A stretch of 55,516 bases of DNA, from contig HF999800.1 of NCBI GenBank assembly GCA_000434175.1, positions 60,947 through 116,462 of the forward strand, read 5' to 3'. A program made the translations under genes and the position numbers. Source of the stretch: Mycoplasma sp. CAG:611. Lineage in GTDB: Bacteria > Bacillota_I > Bacilli_A > RF39 > UBA660. The notes under the pieces are model-generated. The model was not told where the DNA came from, searched no databases, and was given only the letters and a program-made list of their open reading frames with translations. Below are positions 10,251-19,800 of the stretch, one piece after another (the stretch's first letter is position 1; each line of letters starts with the position of its first letter).

Positions 10251-10896
10251 TTTCTAATACTTCAATAGAATCATCTACATTATTTAAATATTTATCTAAT
10301 TCTTCTTTTGCTTTTAATTTTTTCTTACTAAGTTTAGGTTGTTTCTTTTTATTAAATGCTATTTTTAATACTTTCAATAAATCATATACTACTATACCAA
10401 CACATGGTATTACTATAACTACTATCCATCCTACTTTACTTAATATAAATTCTTGAATAAAACCAACCTTAGGAATAACAAATATAACTTTACCAATAAC
10501 ATCATCTTGACTTACATAATGCGTATCAGCAGTATTATTGTTATCACCTTTTGTTGAATAAAAATATTTACCATTTTCTATTTTTATATCAATTATTCTA
10601 TGCGTGATAGTTATTTGCCCATTTCCACGGTTAGAATAAAAAGTAATTATATCGCCAAGTTCATATATATTATCTTTATTTTTATAATCAACAACGACAT
10701 CTCCCGCCATTATTGTTTTTTCCATACTTGTAGTTAGTATTGTATACATATTAAACTTAATTTCATCCAGTCTATTTTGTTTTGCATATATTTTAATTGT
10801 TACAATATAAAAAACCAATAATATAATTACGCCCATTAATATCCAAAATAAAATATTCGAAATTATTTTAGATAATTTTTTTAAAAAGTTTTTCAT
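10219..10896 (-). CDS. sipW: signal peptidase I, SipW (ER/archaeal) type
   Basis: TTSMEKTIMAGDVVV (catalytic Ser), GDIITF, THRIIDI (catalytic His instead of Lys), and TKGDNNNTAD...VIGKV. The same motif order occurs in B. subtilis SipW. A C-terminal TM is present. Confidence 0.85.
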   Translation of the reverse strand: MKNFLKKLSKIISNILFWILMGVIILLVFYIVTIKIYAKQNRLDEIKFNMYTILTTSMEKTIMAGDVVVDYKNKDNIYELGDIITFYSNRGNGQITITHRIIDIKIENGKYFYSTKGDNNNTADTHYVSQDDVIGKVIFVIPKVGFIQEFILSKVGWIVVIVIPCVGIVVYDLLKVLKIAFNKKKQPKLSKKKLKAKEELDKYLNNVDDSIEVLESGDSSDTEIL

Positions 10897-10926
10897 AATA
10901 TTTACCCTTTTCTATTCTTTTATATT

Positions 10927-11622
10927 TTAATATGCATCTACATATAAATAACATTTAAAAGTTCTTGATACATTATCAACATTATAATCTTCATCAACCC
11001 ACATTCTAAATTTATATGTTGATAAAGTTTTCCCTGAAACTGTTTTCTTGTATAATTGTTTTGAACTTTTATTTCTTGTTGTTAAGTTACTATTTGGAAG
11101 TTTATTAAATGAATTAACTTCATTTTTATTTACTAATACTGCTTTCCCATCTTCTTCAAGATAAACTCTTACGTATTTTTCATCTAAAGTATTTTCATTT
11201 TCAATTGGTGTTAGCGTTATTTCATAAGTAATATTACTAATTTTAGCAGATTCAATTCTTGTTGATATTGTAAATTCAAAATATTCTCCAATACCAGATA
11301 ATTTCTTTCCAACTTCATCAGTCATAGGATATGTATTTATCATACTTATCGCATTAGTTCTTTCACTGTATGAAAACGCTACTGCTCCAGCATTTATAAT
11401 ATTATTATTACTACCTTGTTTTATTTTAAACAAAGAAAAGCCTGCAAAAGATACAAATAATGTTAATAAAACAAAAATAAGTACAAATAATAATAGCCTT
11501 TTTTGTTCCTGTTCTTCTTTTTGTAATATTTCATCTGCTACTTTATCTGCTACTTTCAATTCTTCGTTATTTAAACTATCTTTAATAATTGTAATATTCT
11601 CTTCATCGTCTAAATGTTCCAT
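10927..11622 (-). CDS. TasA/camelysin-like protein with long acidic N-terminal extension (paralogue 3)
   Basis: TM/signal ending VSFAGFSLF, then AGAVAFSYSERTNAISMINTYPMTD and C-terminal YKFRMWV. The start is moved to MEHLDD (11622, AAAGGA RBS) because the ORF-track start is a TTG. Confidence 0.5.
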   Translation of the reverse strand: MEHLDDEENITIIKDSLNNEELKVADKVADEILQKEEQEQKRLLLFVLIFVLLTLFVSFAGFSLFKIKQGSNNNIINAGAVAFSYSERTNAISMINTYPMTDEVGKKLSGIGEYFEFTISTRIESAKISNITYEITLTPIENENTLDEKYVRVYLEEDGKAVLVNKNEVNSFNKLPNSNLTTRNKSSKQLYKKTVSGKTLSTYKFRMWVDEDYNVDNVSRTFKCYLYVDAY

Positions 11623-11713
11623 ATAACAACATCCTTTCAAAAGACTTACTATCTTACTATAAATAGAATACCATAAATTATAAAAAATTAAAACCTAAAA
11701 GTGAAAAAAAATG

Positions 11714-11741
11714 AAAAAAACAGTAATTATTTACTGTTTTT
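11714..11741 (-). terminator. intrinsic terminator/attenuator after the second TasA-like gene
   Basis: ACAGTAA-ttat-TTACTGT hairpin (11720-11737) flanked by A7 and T4 on the plus strand. This gives a T7 run on the transcribed minus strand. Confidence 0.65.
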
Positions 11742-11776
11742 AGATTAAACATTTTTTTGTATTGTTTTTAGTATTA

Positions 11777-12406
11777 TTAAGCTGCTGCTTTAATTTCTAC
11801 ACCAAAACTAAATGTTTCAGCAGTTGAAGTATTAGTTTGAGTTTTACCATCTTCAGAAGTTGTGTTAGCACCTTGTGGTAATTTATAAGTATCAGCAACC
11901 CATGCTCTTAAAGTATAAGTAGCTCCTGTTTTTGTTGATGTTAATGTATCTGTGTCTAATAAATAACCAGTAGTTATAAGAGTTCCTTTATTAGTAGCAA
12001 GACTAGCAACTGTTACACCTTCATTAGCTTTACCAATAATATAAGTATCTCCTTTTTTAAGGTTAAATTTAATATGTTCAGCAGTTAAAGTTGCACCTGG
12101 AGTAATATTAGCTAATGCTAAATCATAATTAACGCTTGTAGAACCAGTAATTGAACCAGTAACTGTAAATACTAAATCGTGTCCTGTAACAGCAGATCCA
12201 GTAGCATCTGTTGAAGGATAAGCATTAGTTAAAGTTATTTTACTAGTTTCTTCATAACTTACTGAAATTGTACCAGTAGTGATTTGATTAACTTTAGAAC
12301 CTTGGGCACTGAATGTATACATTGCATAACTTACACCAATTACAACAACTAATAAAAGGATAACACCTAAAACACTAAAAAGTAATGTCTTTTTATTTTC
12401 AGCCAT
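11777..12406 (-). CDS. TasA/camelysin-like secreted protein (paralogue 2, putative fibre subunit)
   Basis: Signal peptide ending GVSYAMYTF, then ITTGTISVSYEETSKITLTNAYPSTD and YTLRAWV. T/S/G/A-rich composition. Strong RBS. Confidence 0.55.
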   Translation of the reverse strand: MAENKKTLLFSVLGVILLLVVVIGVSYAMYTFSAQGSKVNQITTGTISVSYEETSKITLTNAYPSTDATGSAVTGHDLVFTVTGSITGSTSVNYDLALANITPGATLTAEHIKFNLKKGDTYIIGKANEGVTVASLATNKGTLITTGYLLDTDTLTSTKTGATYTLRAWVADTYKLPQGANTTSEDGKTQTNTSTAETFSFGVEIKAAA

Positions 12407-12427
12407 TTTTTTATTTCTCCTTTCTTA

Positions 12428-13096
12428 TTATTTACCTAAAGCATTAACTTGAGAATTTACATTTACAGTTAATCTATAAGCATATTTTGTATTTGAGTTT
12501 AATGTACCAGGTGCTCCATCTGTTGTAAATTGAGCATCAGTATTAACCCACATTCTTAATCTGTAGTTTTCAGCTGTTCCAGTATGTGTAGTAGCGGCAT
12601 CATTTACTTCATATAACTTATATGCTGTAGTTTTATTTAAGTTTGATTTGTTACTATCAACAATAAGTGTATTAAGTTTTGTAGGTTCAACTACTGCAGT
12701 TTCAGTTTCACCGTTAACTTTAGTTAAATAAACTGTAACATATTCTGTAGGTAATTTTGTTTCACCTTCACCCATAGATCCTTCAGAAATACTAATTTCA
12801 TAAGGAACTTTTAGTGCTGCATCAGTTTTTCTTGATACAGTAAAATCAAAATAATGATTAGCAGTTTTATCAACTTTAGCAGTTGCGTCTGCTACTGGGT
12901 CTGCATTAGTAATACTAATTCCAGCAGTTTCTTCACTAAAACTCATAGTAATAGTACCTGTTGTAATTGAATTATTAGCAGATGGTGTATTTGCAAAACT
13001 AAATGCAGCAAATGAAACACCTACTACTGCTACTACTAAAATAGCAACTCCTAATACAGATAACAATACTTTTTTAGAATTATTTTCTTCCATCAT
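12428..13096 (-). CDS. TasA/camelysin-like secreted protein (paralogue 1, putative fibre subunit)
   Basis: Signal peptide ending GVSFAAFSF (compare TasA ..GGTWA/AFND), then ITTGTITMSFSEETAGISITNADPVAD (compare TasA FASGTLDLS...SVNLSNLKPGD) and YRLRMWV. GGAGG RBS. Confidence 0.55.
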   Translation of the reverse strand: MMEENNSKKVLLSVLGVAILVVAVVGVSFAAFSFANTPSANNSITTGTITMSFSEETAGISITNADPVADATAKVDKTANHYFDFTVSRKTDAALKVPYEISISEGSMGEGETKLPTEYVTVYLTKVNGETETAVVEPTKLNTLIVDSNKSNLNKTTAYKLYEVNDAATTHTGTAENYRLRMWVNTDAQFTTDGAPGTLNSNTKYAYRLTVNVNSQVNALGK

Positions 13097-13122
13097 TTTG
13101 TTTAACCTCCTTTACAATAATA

Positions 13123-13151
13123 ATATTATCTTATTTTGAAATTAAACGCAA
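13123..13151 (-). promoter_or_regulatory. putative sigmaA promoter of the SipW/TasA-like operon
   Basis: On the minus strand: TTGCGT, a 17-nt spacer, then TAATAT, about 25 nt upstream of the GGAGG RBS. Confidence 0.35.
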
Positions 13152-13179
13152 TAGATTTTTTAAATTTTTATACTTTTTT

Positions 13180-13947
13180 TTACATAATATTAAATACTTT
13201 ACAAACATTATCGGTTGTTTTTTTTGCAACTTCACTAATAGTTATATTTTTTATATTACTTAGACATTCTGCAATTAATTTTATATTTTTAGGTTCGTTT
13301 ACACTGCCTCTTATTGGAGATAAAAAAGGACTATCTGTTTCAAGAACTATATTTTCTAATGGTATATCTTTAATAACGTCCTTTAAATTACTATTTTTAA
13401 ATGTTAATACTCCTCCAATTCCTAACTTATATCCTAATTTTATATATTCATTTGCTACTTCTTTACTTTCACTAAAACAATGTATTACACCAAAAGATTT
13501 ATAATTTTTAAGTATATCAATTGTATCTTTAACAGCATCCCTTGAATGAATAACAATTGGTAAGTTATATTTATTTGCTAGTTGTATTTGTTTTATAAAT
13601 AATTCTTTTTGTTTTTCCTTATTCTTTTTAGTATAATGATAATCTAATCCTATTTCTCCAATAGCTACTAATTTATCTTTATTTTCTATTATTTGTTTTT
13701 CTAAAAGAATTAAGTCTTCAAGAGTATAGCTATCAGTACAATCAGGATGATATCCCAAGGTTAAATAAATATTATTATAATTTTTACATGCTTTTATATT
13801 TAATAAATTATCTTCTTTAGAATTACCACCTAAAATTAAATATAAAACATCTTCCTTTTTAGCATCATTAACTATTTTTTCTAAATCACTATCTTTTTCT
13901 ATATGAAAATGTGTATCTATTAAAATCATTTTTATTCCTTCTTTCAA
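13180..13947 (-). CDS. tatD: TatD family metal-dependent DNase/hydrolase
   Basis: IDTHFH start, EIGLDYH, and HSRDA motifs. It lies downstream of metG as yabD does in Bacillus. Confidence 0.9.
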   Translation of the reverse strand: MKEGIKMILIDTHFHIEKDSDLEKIVNDAKKEDVLYLILGGNSKEDNLLNIKACKNYNNIYLTLGYHPDCTDSYTLEDLILLEKQIIENKDKLVAIGEIGLDYHYTKKNKEKQKELFIKQIQLANKYNLPIVIHSRDAVKDTIDILKNYKSFGVIHCFSESKEVANEYIKLGYKLGIGGVLTFKNSNLKDVIKDIPLENIVLETDSPFLSPIRGSVNEPKNIKLIAECLSNIKNITISEVAKKTTDNVCKVFNIM

Positions 13948-14056
13948 TTCTTATTATTTAATAATCTCATGAATTAATTATATACTATATTTTCTTCTAT
14001 TCCAATTATAATAAAATTCAACAATTTTAGCAAATAAAAAAGGCCCTTATTAACCC

Positions 14057-14197
14057 TTAAACAACTTTTTTTAATTTAATACCAAATCCTAATAGAACAA
14101 GTAAATATCCTAAATCTAAAATATTTCTTGTTTGAATAATTGATGTTATTAAACCAATTATAAATAATACTAAAACTAACACTGCCATTTTTCTCAT
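14057..14197 (-). CDS. unannotated 46-aa small membrane protein
   Basis: Reverse complement reads MRKMAVLVLVLFIIGLITSIIQTRNILDLGYLLVLLGFGIKLKKVV-stop. An AAGGAGAATAATT RBS precedes it. It is below the ORF-track size cutoff. Confidence 0.45.
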   Translation of the reverse strand: MRKMAVLVLVLFIIGLITSIIQTRNILDLGYLLVLLGFGIKLKKVV

Positions 14198-14269
14198 AAT
14201 TATTCTCCTTTTATAAGTGTTTTTTAGTACTGCAAATTTAATATATCTTAAATAAATTTTAATTTCAAG

Positions 14270-14309
14270 AAAAAAACAACTGTAAATATTTAATTTACAC
14301 TTGTTTTTA
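14270..14309 (-). terminator. intrinsic terminator after metG
   Basis: 12-bp stem ACAAGTGTAAAT/ATTTACAGTTGT with one mismatch, followed on the minus strand by T7. Confidence 0.5.
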
Positions 14310-14311
14310 CA

Positions 14312-15841
14312 TTATTTTTCTATTTCTATTCTTTTAAATAGTACTTCAATTTGACCTAACTTATGATTATTTTCTAAAGCACCAAATTCATTTAATGTAT
14401 CATATGTATTTAAATTAGTATTTAATTGTTTAAATATTTTTTCAGTTGTCGTAGGCATAAATGGTGTTAAAAGTACTGATGAAATTCTTATTGATTCAAG
14501 TAAATTATATAAAACAGTTTGTAATCTTTCTAGTTTTTCTTCTTTAGCAAGTACCCAAGGAGTTGTATCGTCTATATATTTATTACATTCTCTTAAAAAG
14601 TTAAATATTTCTTCTAAAGCATCACTTATATATAATTTTTCCATATTTTTATCTACAACTGATTTTAAATTAGAAGCTTTATTTATAAGTTCTGTATCTA
14701 TTTCTTCATTTACTTTAGAATTAGAAATAACACCATCAAAATATTTATTAGTCATAGCTATTGTTCGATTAAGTAAATTACCTAATGTATTAGCTAAATC
14801 AGCATTTGTTCGAGCAATTAATGCTTCCTCACTAAAGTTACCATCACTTCCAAATGAAACTTCTCTTAAAGCATAATATCTAACTGCATCTACTCCATAT
14901 TTATCAATATATTCTCTTGGATCTTTATAATTTCCTAAAGATTTACTTATTTTTCCACCATCTATTTTTAACCAACCATGTCCGAATACTTGTTTTGGAA
15001 GTGGTAAATCAAGTGCCATCAATAAAGCAGGCCAAATAATTGCATGAAATCTTACTATTTCTTTTCCTACTAAATGTAAATCTGCTGGCCAATATTTTTT
15101 AAATAAACTATCATCATCACTTAAATAACCAAGAGCAGTTATATAATTAGTTAAAGCATCTATCCAAACATAAATAACATGTTTTGGATTAAAAGAAACT
15201 GGTATTCCCCAACTAAAAGTTGTTCTTGATACACATAAATCTTCAAGTCCTGGTTTTAAAAAGTTATTAATCATTTCATTTTTTCTTGATTCTGGTTTTA
15301 TAAACTCAGGATTAGTTTTATAAAGTTCTTCAATTCTTTTTTGATATTTAGATAATCTAAAAAAATAACTTTCTTCTTCTACTAAAGAAACTTCTCTTCC
15401 ACAATCAGGGCACTTTCCATCAACAAGTTGTGTTTCAGTCCAAAATGATTCACATGGCGTACAGTAAAGTCCTTTATATTTATCTAAATATATATCCCCT
15501 TGTTCGTATAATTTATCAAATATTTTTTGAACTGCTTTTTCATGATATTCATCAGTTGTTCTAATAAACTTATCATAACTTATCCCTAAACTTTTCCATA
15601 AATCTTTAGCATTTTCTACAATTTCATCCACATATTCTTTAGGAGTTACACCTTTTTCCTTAGCTTTATTTTCTATTTTTTGACCGTGTTCATCTGTTCC
15701 AGTTAAAAAGAATACATCTTTTTCCTTTAATCTTTGATACCTTGCAATTGAATCTGCAATAATTGTTGTATAACAATGTCCAATATGAAAATTAGCACTT
15801 GGATAATATATTGGTGTTGTTATATAATATTTTTCTTTCAT
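14312..15841 (-). CDS. metG: methionine--tRNA ligase (short form, no C-terminal tRNA-binding domain)
   Basis: HIGH motif (NFHIGH), KISKS (KMSKS-type motif), and a CPDCG zinc knuckle. The start is moved to MKEKYYITTP (15841, GGAAGG RBS). The 20-codon extension in the ORF track lies in the T-box leader. Confidence 0.95.
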   Translation of the reverse strand: MKEKYYITTPIYYPSANFHIGHCYTTIIADSIARYQRLKEKDVFFLTGTDEHGQKIENKAKEKGVTPKEYVDEIVENAKDLWKSLGISYDKFIRTTDEYHEKAVQKIFDKLYEQGDIYLDKYKGLYCTPCESFWTETQLVDGKCPDCGREVSLVEEESYFFRLSKYQKRIEELYKTNPEFIKPESRKNEMINNFLKPGLEDLCVSRTTFSWGIPVSFNPKHVIYVWIDALTNYITALGYLSDDDSLFKKYWPADLHLVGKEIVRFHAIIWPALLMALDLPLPKQVFGHGWLKIDGGKISKSLGNYKDPREYIDKYGVDAVRYYALREVSFGSDGNFSEEALIARTNADLANTLGNLLNRTIAMTNKYFDGVISNSKVNEEIDTELINKASNLKSVVDKNMEKLYISDALEEIFNFLRECNKYIDDTTPWVLAKEEKLERLQTVLYNLLESIRISSVLLTPFMPTTTEKIFKQLNTNLNTYDTLNEFGALENNHKLGQIEVLFKRIEIEK

Positions 15842-15859
15842 AAATACCTTCCTTTCAAA

Positions 15860-16078
15860 AAAAATATTACAAACATAGAAACGAATTTTTCGTGGTACCA
15901 TTCTACTTTGTAATATTAATTACCTTTTTCTCTTAACGCGAGTAACGAATTTATTTACATATCAATAAATCAGTTTTGGAAACCATATTCAATTATATTT
16001 ATTACTTATTTTCACCAAACATAAGCTCTCTTTAAATTAAATAATAATCTACTCTTTTCCTCACAACATTTAATTAAT
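15860..16078 (-). promoter_or_regulatory. T-box leader (riboswitch), probable Met (AUG) specifier
   Basis: On the minus strand, in order: AGAGAGC...GGTGAAA, GAATATGG (AUG at 15984-15986), a GCGTTA F-box-like element, and AATGGTACCACG matching the T-box core GGTGGTACCGCG. A short hairpin and T8 then precede the metG RBS. Confidence 0.7.
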
Positions 16079-16084
16079 GTAAAA

Positions 16085-16113
16085 ATTATAACACATATTT
16101 TTTTATTCTTCAA
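16085..16113 (-). promoter_or_regulatory. sigmaA promoter for the metG T-box leader
   Basis: On the minus strand: TTGAAG, a 17-nt spacer, then TGTTATAAT (extended -10). The -35 overlaps the spoVT stop. Confidence 0.55.
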
Positions 16114-16633
16114 TATATTTTCCTAAAAATTTAGCCGCAATTGAAACAGTTTTTTCTTCAAATTCTCCTAAATTATTATTTAAAGAAAAAATTATTACTG
16201 CTCCGATAGCATCACCACTTACAATAATAGGACTAATTGCATAACTAGCTGTTTCTTTTTTATCTTCAATAAAATTAAAATCTCTTAATTTAGGTTCTAA
16301 CACTACTTCTCTTTGTTCAATTATATTATCTAGTTTTGAAGATATGCTTTTATCTAAGTATTTTTTCTTTAAATCTCCTGCTACTGCTACAACTTTATCT
16401 CTATCAACAATCATAATATTTTCTAGTATAGCTTCGTATATTGAATTAACATAACTTTTATAAAATTCCATAATGTTTCCAAGTGGCGAATATTTTTTTA
16501 AAATAATATTATCACTATCTAAATATATTTCTACAGACTCCCCATCTTTTATTTTCATATTTTTTCTTATTTCTTTTGGAATTACGATTCTACCTAAATC
16601 ATCTATTCTTCTTACAACTCCTGTTGATTTCAA
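16103..16633 (-). CDS. spoVT: stage V sporulation protein T (AbrB-type N-domain plus GAF-like C-domain)
   Basis: The KSTGVVRRIDDLGRIVIPKEIR SpoVT/AbrB swapped-hairpin motif. The 176-aa length is typical of SpoVT, and the gene is adjacent to mfd. Confidence 0.85.
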   Translation of the reverse strand: MKSTGVVRRIDDLGRIVIPKEIRKNMKIKDGESVEIYLDSDNIILKKYSPLGNIMEFYKSYVNSIYEAILENIMIVDRDKVVAVAGDLKKKYLDKSISSKLDNIIEQREVVLEPKLRDFNFIEDKKETASYAISPIIVSGDAIGAVIIFSLNNNLGEFEEKTVSIAAKFLGKYIEE

Positions 16634-16806
16634 AAAAAATCACCCTTTCATCTTACTACATTTATAATTTCCTTTTAAGTTATTTTTATACTTAAAAATC
16701 ATAAATATTTTTCTATATATATTATAATATTAATAAAGGGTAATTTTCATTGGTAATATTTTCCAATTATATTTAAAATACATTTTAAATTTAAAAAAAT
16801 GTGCTT

Positions 16807-19800
16807 TTAACACATCTTTTCTAATAAATTATTTAAAGTAATTATATATGACTTATCTTTATTATATTTTTTTAATTTTATATGTAGTTTATTATCTTTA
16901 TAACTAAAAATTATATCTTTACTTATATTTAGTGATGTTACTATTAAATCTTCATAGTCTATTTTTTCACTTATTTCTTTACTAAATACAATTTCAATAA
17001 ATAAATCGTTATTTATAAGTATCTTACCTTCTAGATTTCTTAAATAGCTTTCAAATAATTCCTCATTCATATAAATTATCATATTATTATCTAATCTTCC
17101 AAATCTATCTTCTAATTCTTTTTTAATATCATTGTAAGAATCAATATTTGTTATATTATTAATCATTTTATGAATAGTTAATTTTAATTCTTCTTCACTT
17201 ACGTAATTATTATCAATATGATTATTTACTTCGATTAATGGCGTTTGTTTTATTTTTTCTTCTTCTATCTTTTCTCCTTTTAATATTTTAATTTCATTGT
17301 TAAGCATTTTCATATAAAGTTCAATACCAACAGCATCGATAAAACCAGCTTGTTCTGCTCCTAAAATATCACCTGCACCACGAATAGAAAGATCTCTTGC
17401 TGCTATATTAAAACCACTTCCAAGCTCAGTAAACTCTTTAATAACTTTTAATCTTTTAATAGCAGTTTCTGTTAATGTTTTATTTTTATTATACATAAGA
17501 TAAGCATAAGCAGTTCTTTCACTTCTTCCAACACGACCTCTTATTTGATAAAGTTGACTAAGTCCAAAGTTTGAAGCATCATAAATAATTAAACTATTAG
17601 CATTAGGTATATCAATTCCTGTTTCAATAATTGTCGTACATACTAAACAATCATATTCTTTATTTATAAATTTATTCATTATATCTTCTAATTCATTTTT
17701 AGGAAGTTTACCATGAGCATAAATAATTCTAGCATCAGGCACTAACAACTGTAGTTCTTTAACTTTTCTTTCAATTGTTTCTACTTTATTATAAAGAATA
17801 AATACTTGCCCTTCTCTTGACATTTCTTTATATATTATATCTTTTATTATTTTATTATTTTCTTCTAGAACATATGTTAAAACAGCATGCCTATTTTTAG
17901 GTGGCGTTTCTATTAATGAAAGATTTCTAAGACCTACCATTGCCATTTGCATTGTTCTAGGTATTGGTGTTGCGGTAAGTGTTAATATATCTATATTTGA
18001 TTTAAATTCTTTTAATTTTTCTTTATGTGCCACACCAAATCTTTGTTCTTCATCGATAATTAATAATCCTAAATCTTTTGGCTTAATATCATCACTTAGT
18101 AATCTATGCGTTCCTATAACAAAATCAATATTGCCTTCTTCTAATTCTTTTAAGATTTTTATTTCCTCTTTTTTTGATGTAAATCTATTAAGAAGTCCTA
18201 TTTTAACAGGATAATTTTTAAATCTTTCTAAAGCACTTTCATATTGTTGTTTAGATAAAAGAGTTGTAGGACATAAATATAAGACTTGTTTAGAATCATT
18301 TATTGCTTTAAATGCTGCTCTAAAGGCAACTTCTGTTTTACCATAACCAACATCTCCACATAATATACGATCCATTGGTAAATCACTTTCCATGTCTTTT
18401 TTTATCTCATTAATTGCTTTTATTTGATCTTGTGTTAATTCATATATAAATTCATTTTCAAAAAGTGTTTGCATTTCACTATCTTTACTAAAAGAAAATC
18501 CTTTTTTTAAACTTCTTTCTGCTTGAACTTTTAATAATCTACTAGCTTCATATCTAATTTTTTCTTTAACTCTTTGTTTTGTTTTTTCCCATGCTACACT
18601 ATTTAAACTATTAATTTTAGGAGCATAACCTTCTTTTCCTGTATACTTACTAATTAATTCTATTTTTGATGCTGGAATATAAAGTTTATCATTATCGGCA
18701 TATAAAACTTCAATATAATCTTGTAGCATATTATTCTTACTAAGCGTTTTTATACCATTATAAACACCTATACCATGACTATCATGAACAACATAATCTC
18801 CTATTTCTAGTTTATTTAAATCTTTTATTCTTGTAGCAAAATTAAAGTTAAATTTTCTTCTTTTAGTTTTTTTCTTTTTATTGTATAATTCATATTCACT
18901 TATAAATATATAATTATCTAAAATAAAACCCTCTTTTAAATCATATTTCACTATATTTATATTATTTTCTTTAATATTAACAATATCTGTTAATAAATAT
19001 GGAATATTAAGTATTTCAATAAAGTTATTAACATTAATTGTGGATAAACATATTATTACAGTTTTATTAAATTTTAAACTTTCTTCTAAGTATTTATTAA
19101 TTATTTCTATATTTGAATTAAATCTTTCAACATTTTTAATATTTAAATTAACAACTTTTTTTGCTAAAGAAGTATCATCATCTAAATCAAAATAGTAATT
19201 TATTTTCTTTCCATCTATATCATTTATATCATAAAGTGGATTTTCTATATTAAGTTCAAATATATCATTCATTATTCTCTCATATGATATTTTTATTTGG
19301 GAATAATCTTTAAATATTACTAAAGGATTATTTAAATATTCGTATAATGATGAGTATTTTTCGCTAGTTTTAGAAATTGAATAAATTTCTATTTCATCAA
19401 TATTTTCAAGTGACTTTTGACTTTCTACTTCAAAATATCTAATACTTTCAATTGTATCTCCAAAAAACTCTATTCTTATTGGATTTTCTTCGTTTAATGG
19501 GAAAATATCAAGAATAAATCCTCTTACTCCAAATTCTCCAGGTTTTGTTACTAATGTTTCTTTTTCATATCCTATTTCATATAAATTATCTACTATATTT
19601 TTTAAATTTATATCTGTTCCTATTTTTAATTTTATAATATTATTTTTAAAATCATTAATGCTTGGTAACTTTTTTAAATAGCCATTTATATCTGTTATTA
19701 TTATTTTTTTATTATTGTTTAATGATTCTTTTAAAATATTTAATTTTTCTACTTTCAACTCAGGACTTTTACTTGTTGCTAAACTCGTTAAAACATCATC

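Noticed and set aside
13136-13504. ORF-track entries that lie antisense to, or nested within, well-supported genes. They are 223-405, 10232-10456, 13136-13504, 16473-16667, 20825-21013, 22177-22410, 23183-23581, 26729-27109, 28964-29179, 37218-37613, 38321-38701, 48426-48629, 54121-54312 and 55205-55405.
   Set aside because: Each overlaps a long ORF with unmistakable family motifs on the other strand. Their translations are low-complexity F/L/I/S-rich strings, typical of antisense frames in AT-rich DNA. None has a convincing RBS.
15842-15901. N-terminal extensions of ORF-track models for metG (MVPRKIRFYVCNIFFERKVF), tadA (MHFFIGGY), gyrB (MEGRKI), divIC (MLQYSMNKCIERKKF) and the TTG-started 10927-11640 model.
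   Set aside because: The extensions run through a T-box element, through the SRP RNA, or lack an RBS. Internal ATGs have good GGAGG/AAAGGA sites, and the proteins then begin at the conserved family N-termini.
16634-16806. Forespore-type (sigmaG/sigmaF) promoter upstream of spoVT and a weak hairpin (ATGTG-N7-CACAT plus T7) at the mfd stop.
   Set aside because: I could not find a convincing match to the GHATR-N18-CATxxTA type consensus by eye. The hairpin has only a 5-bp stem. I left both unannotated.
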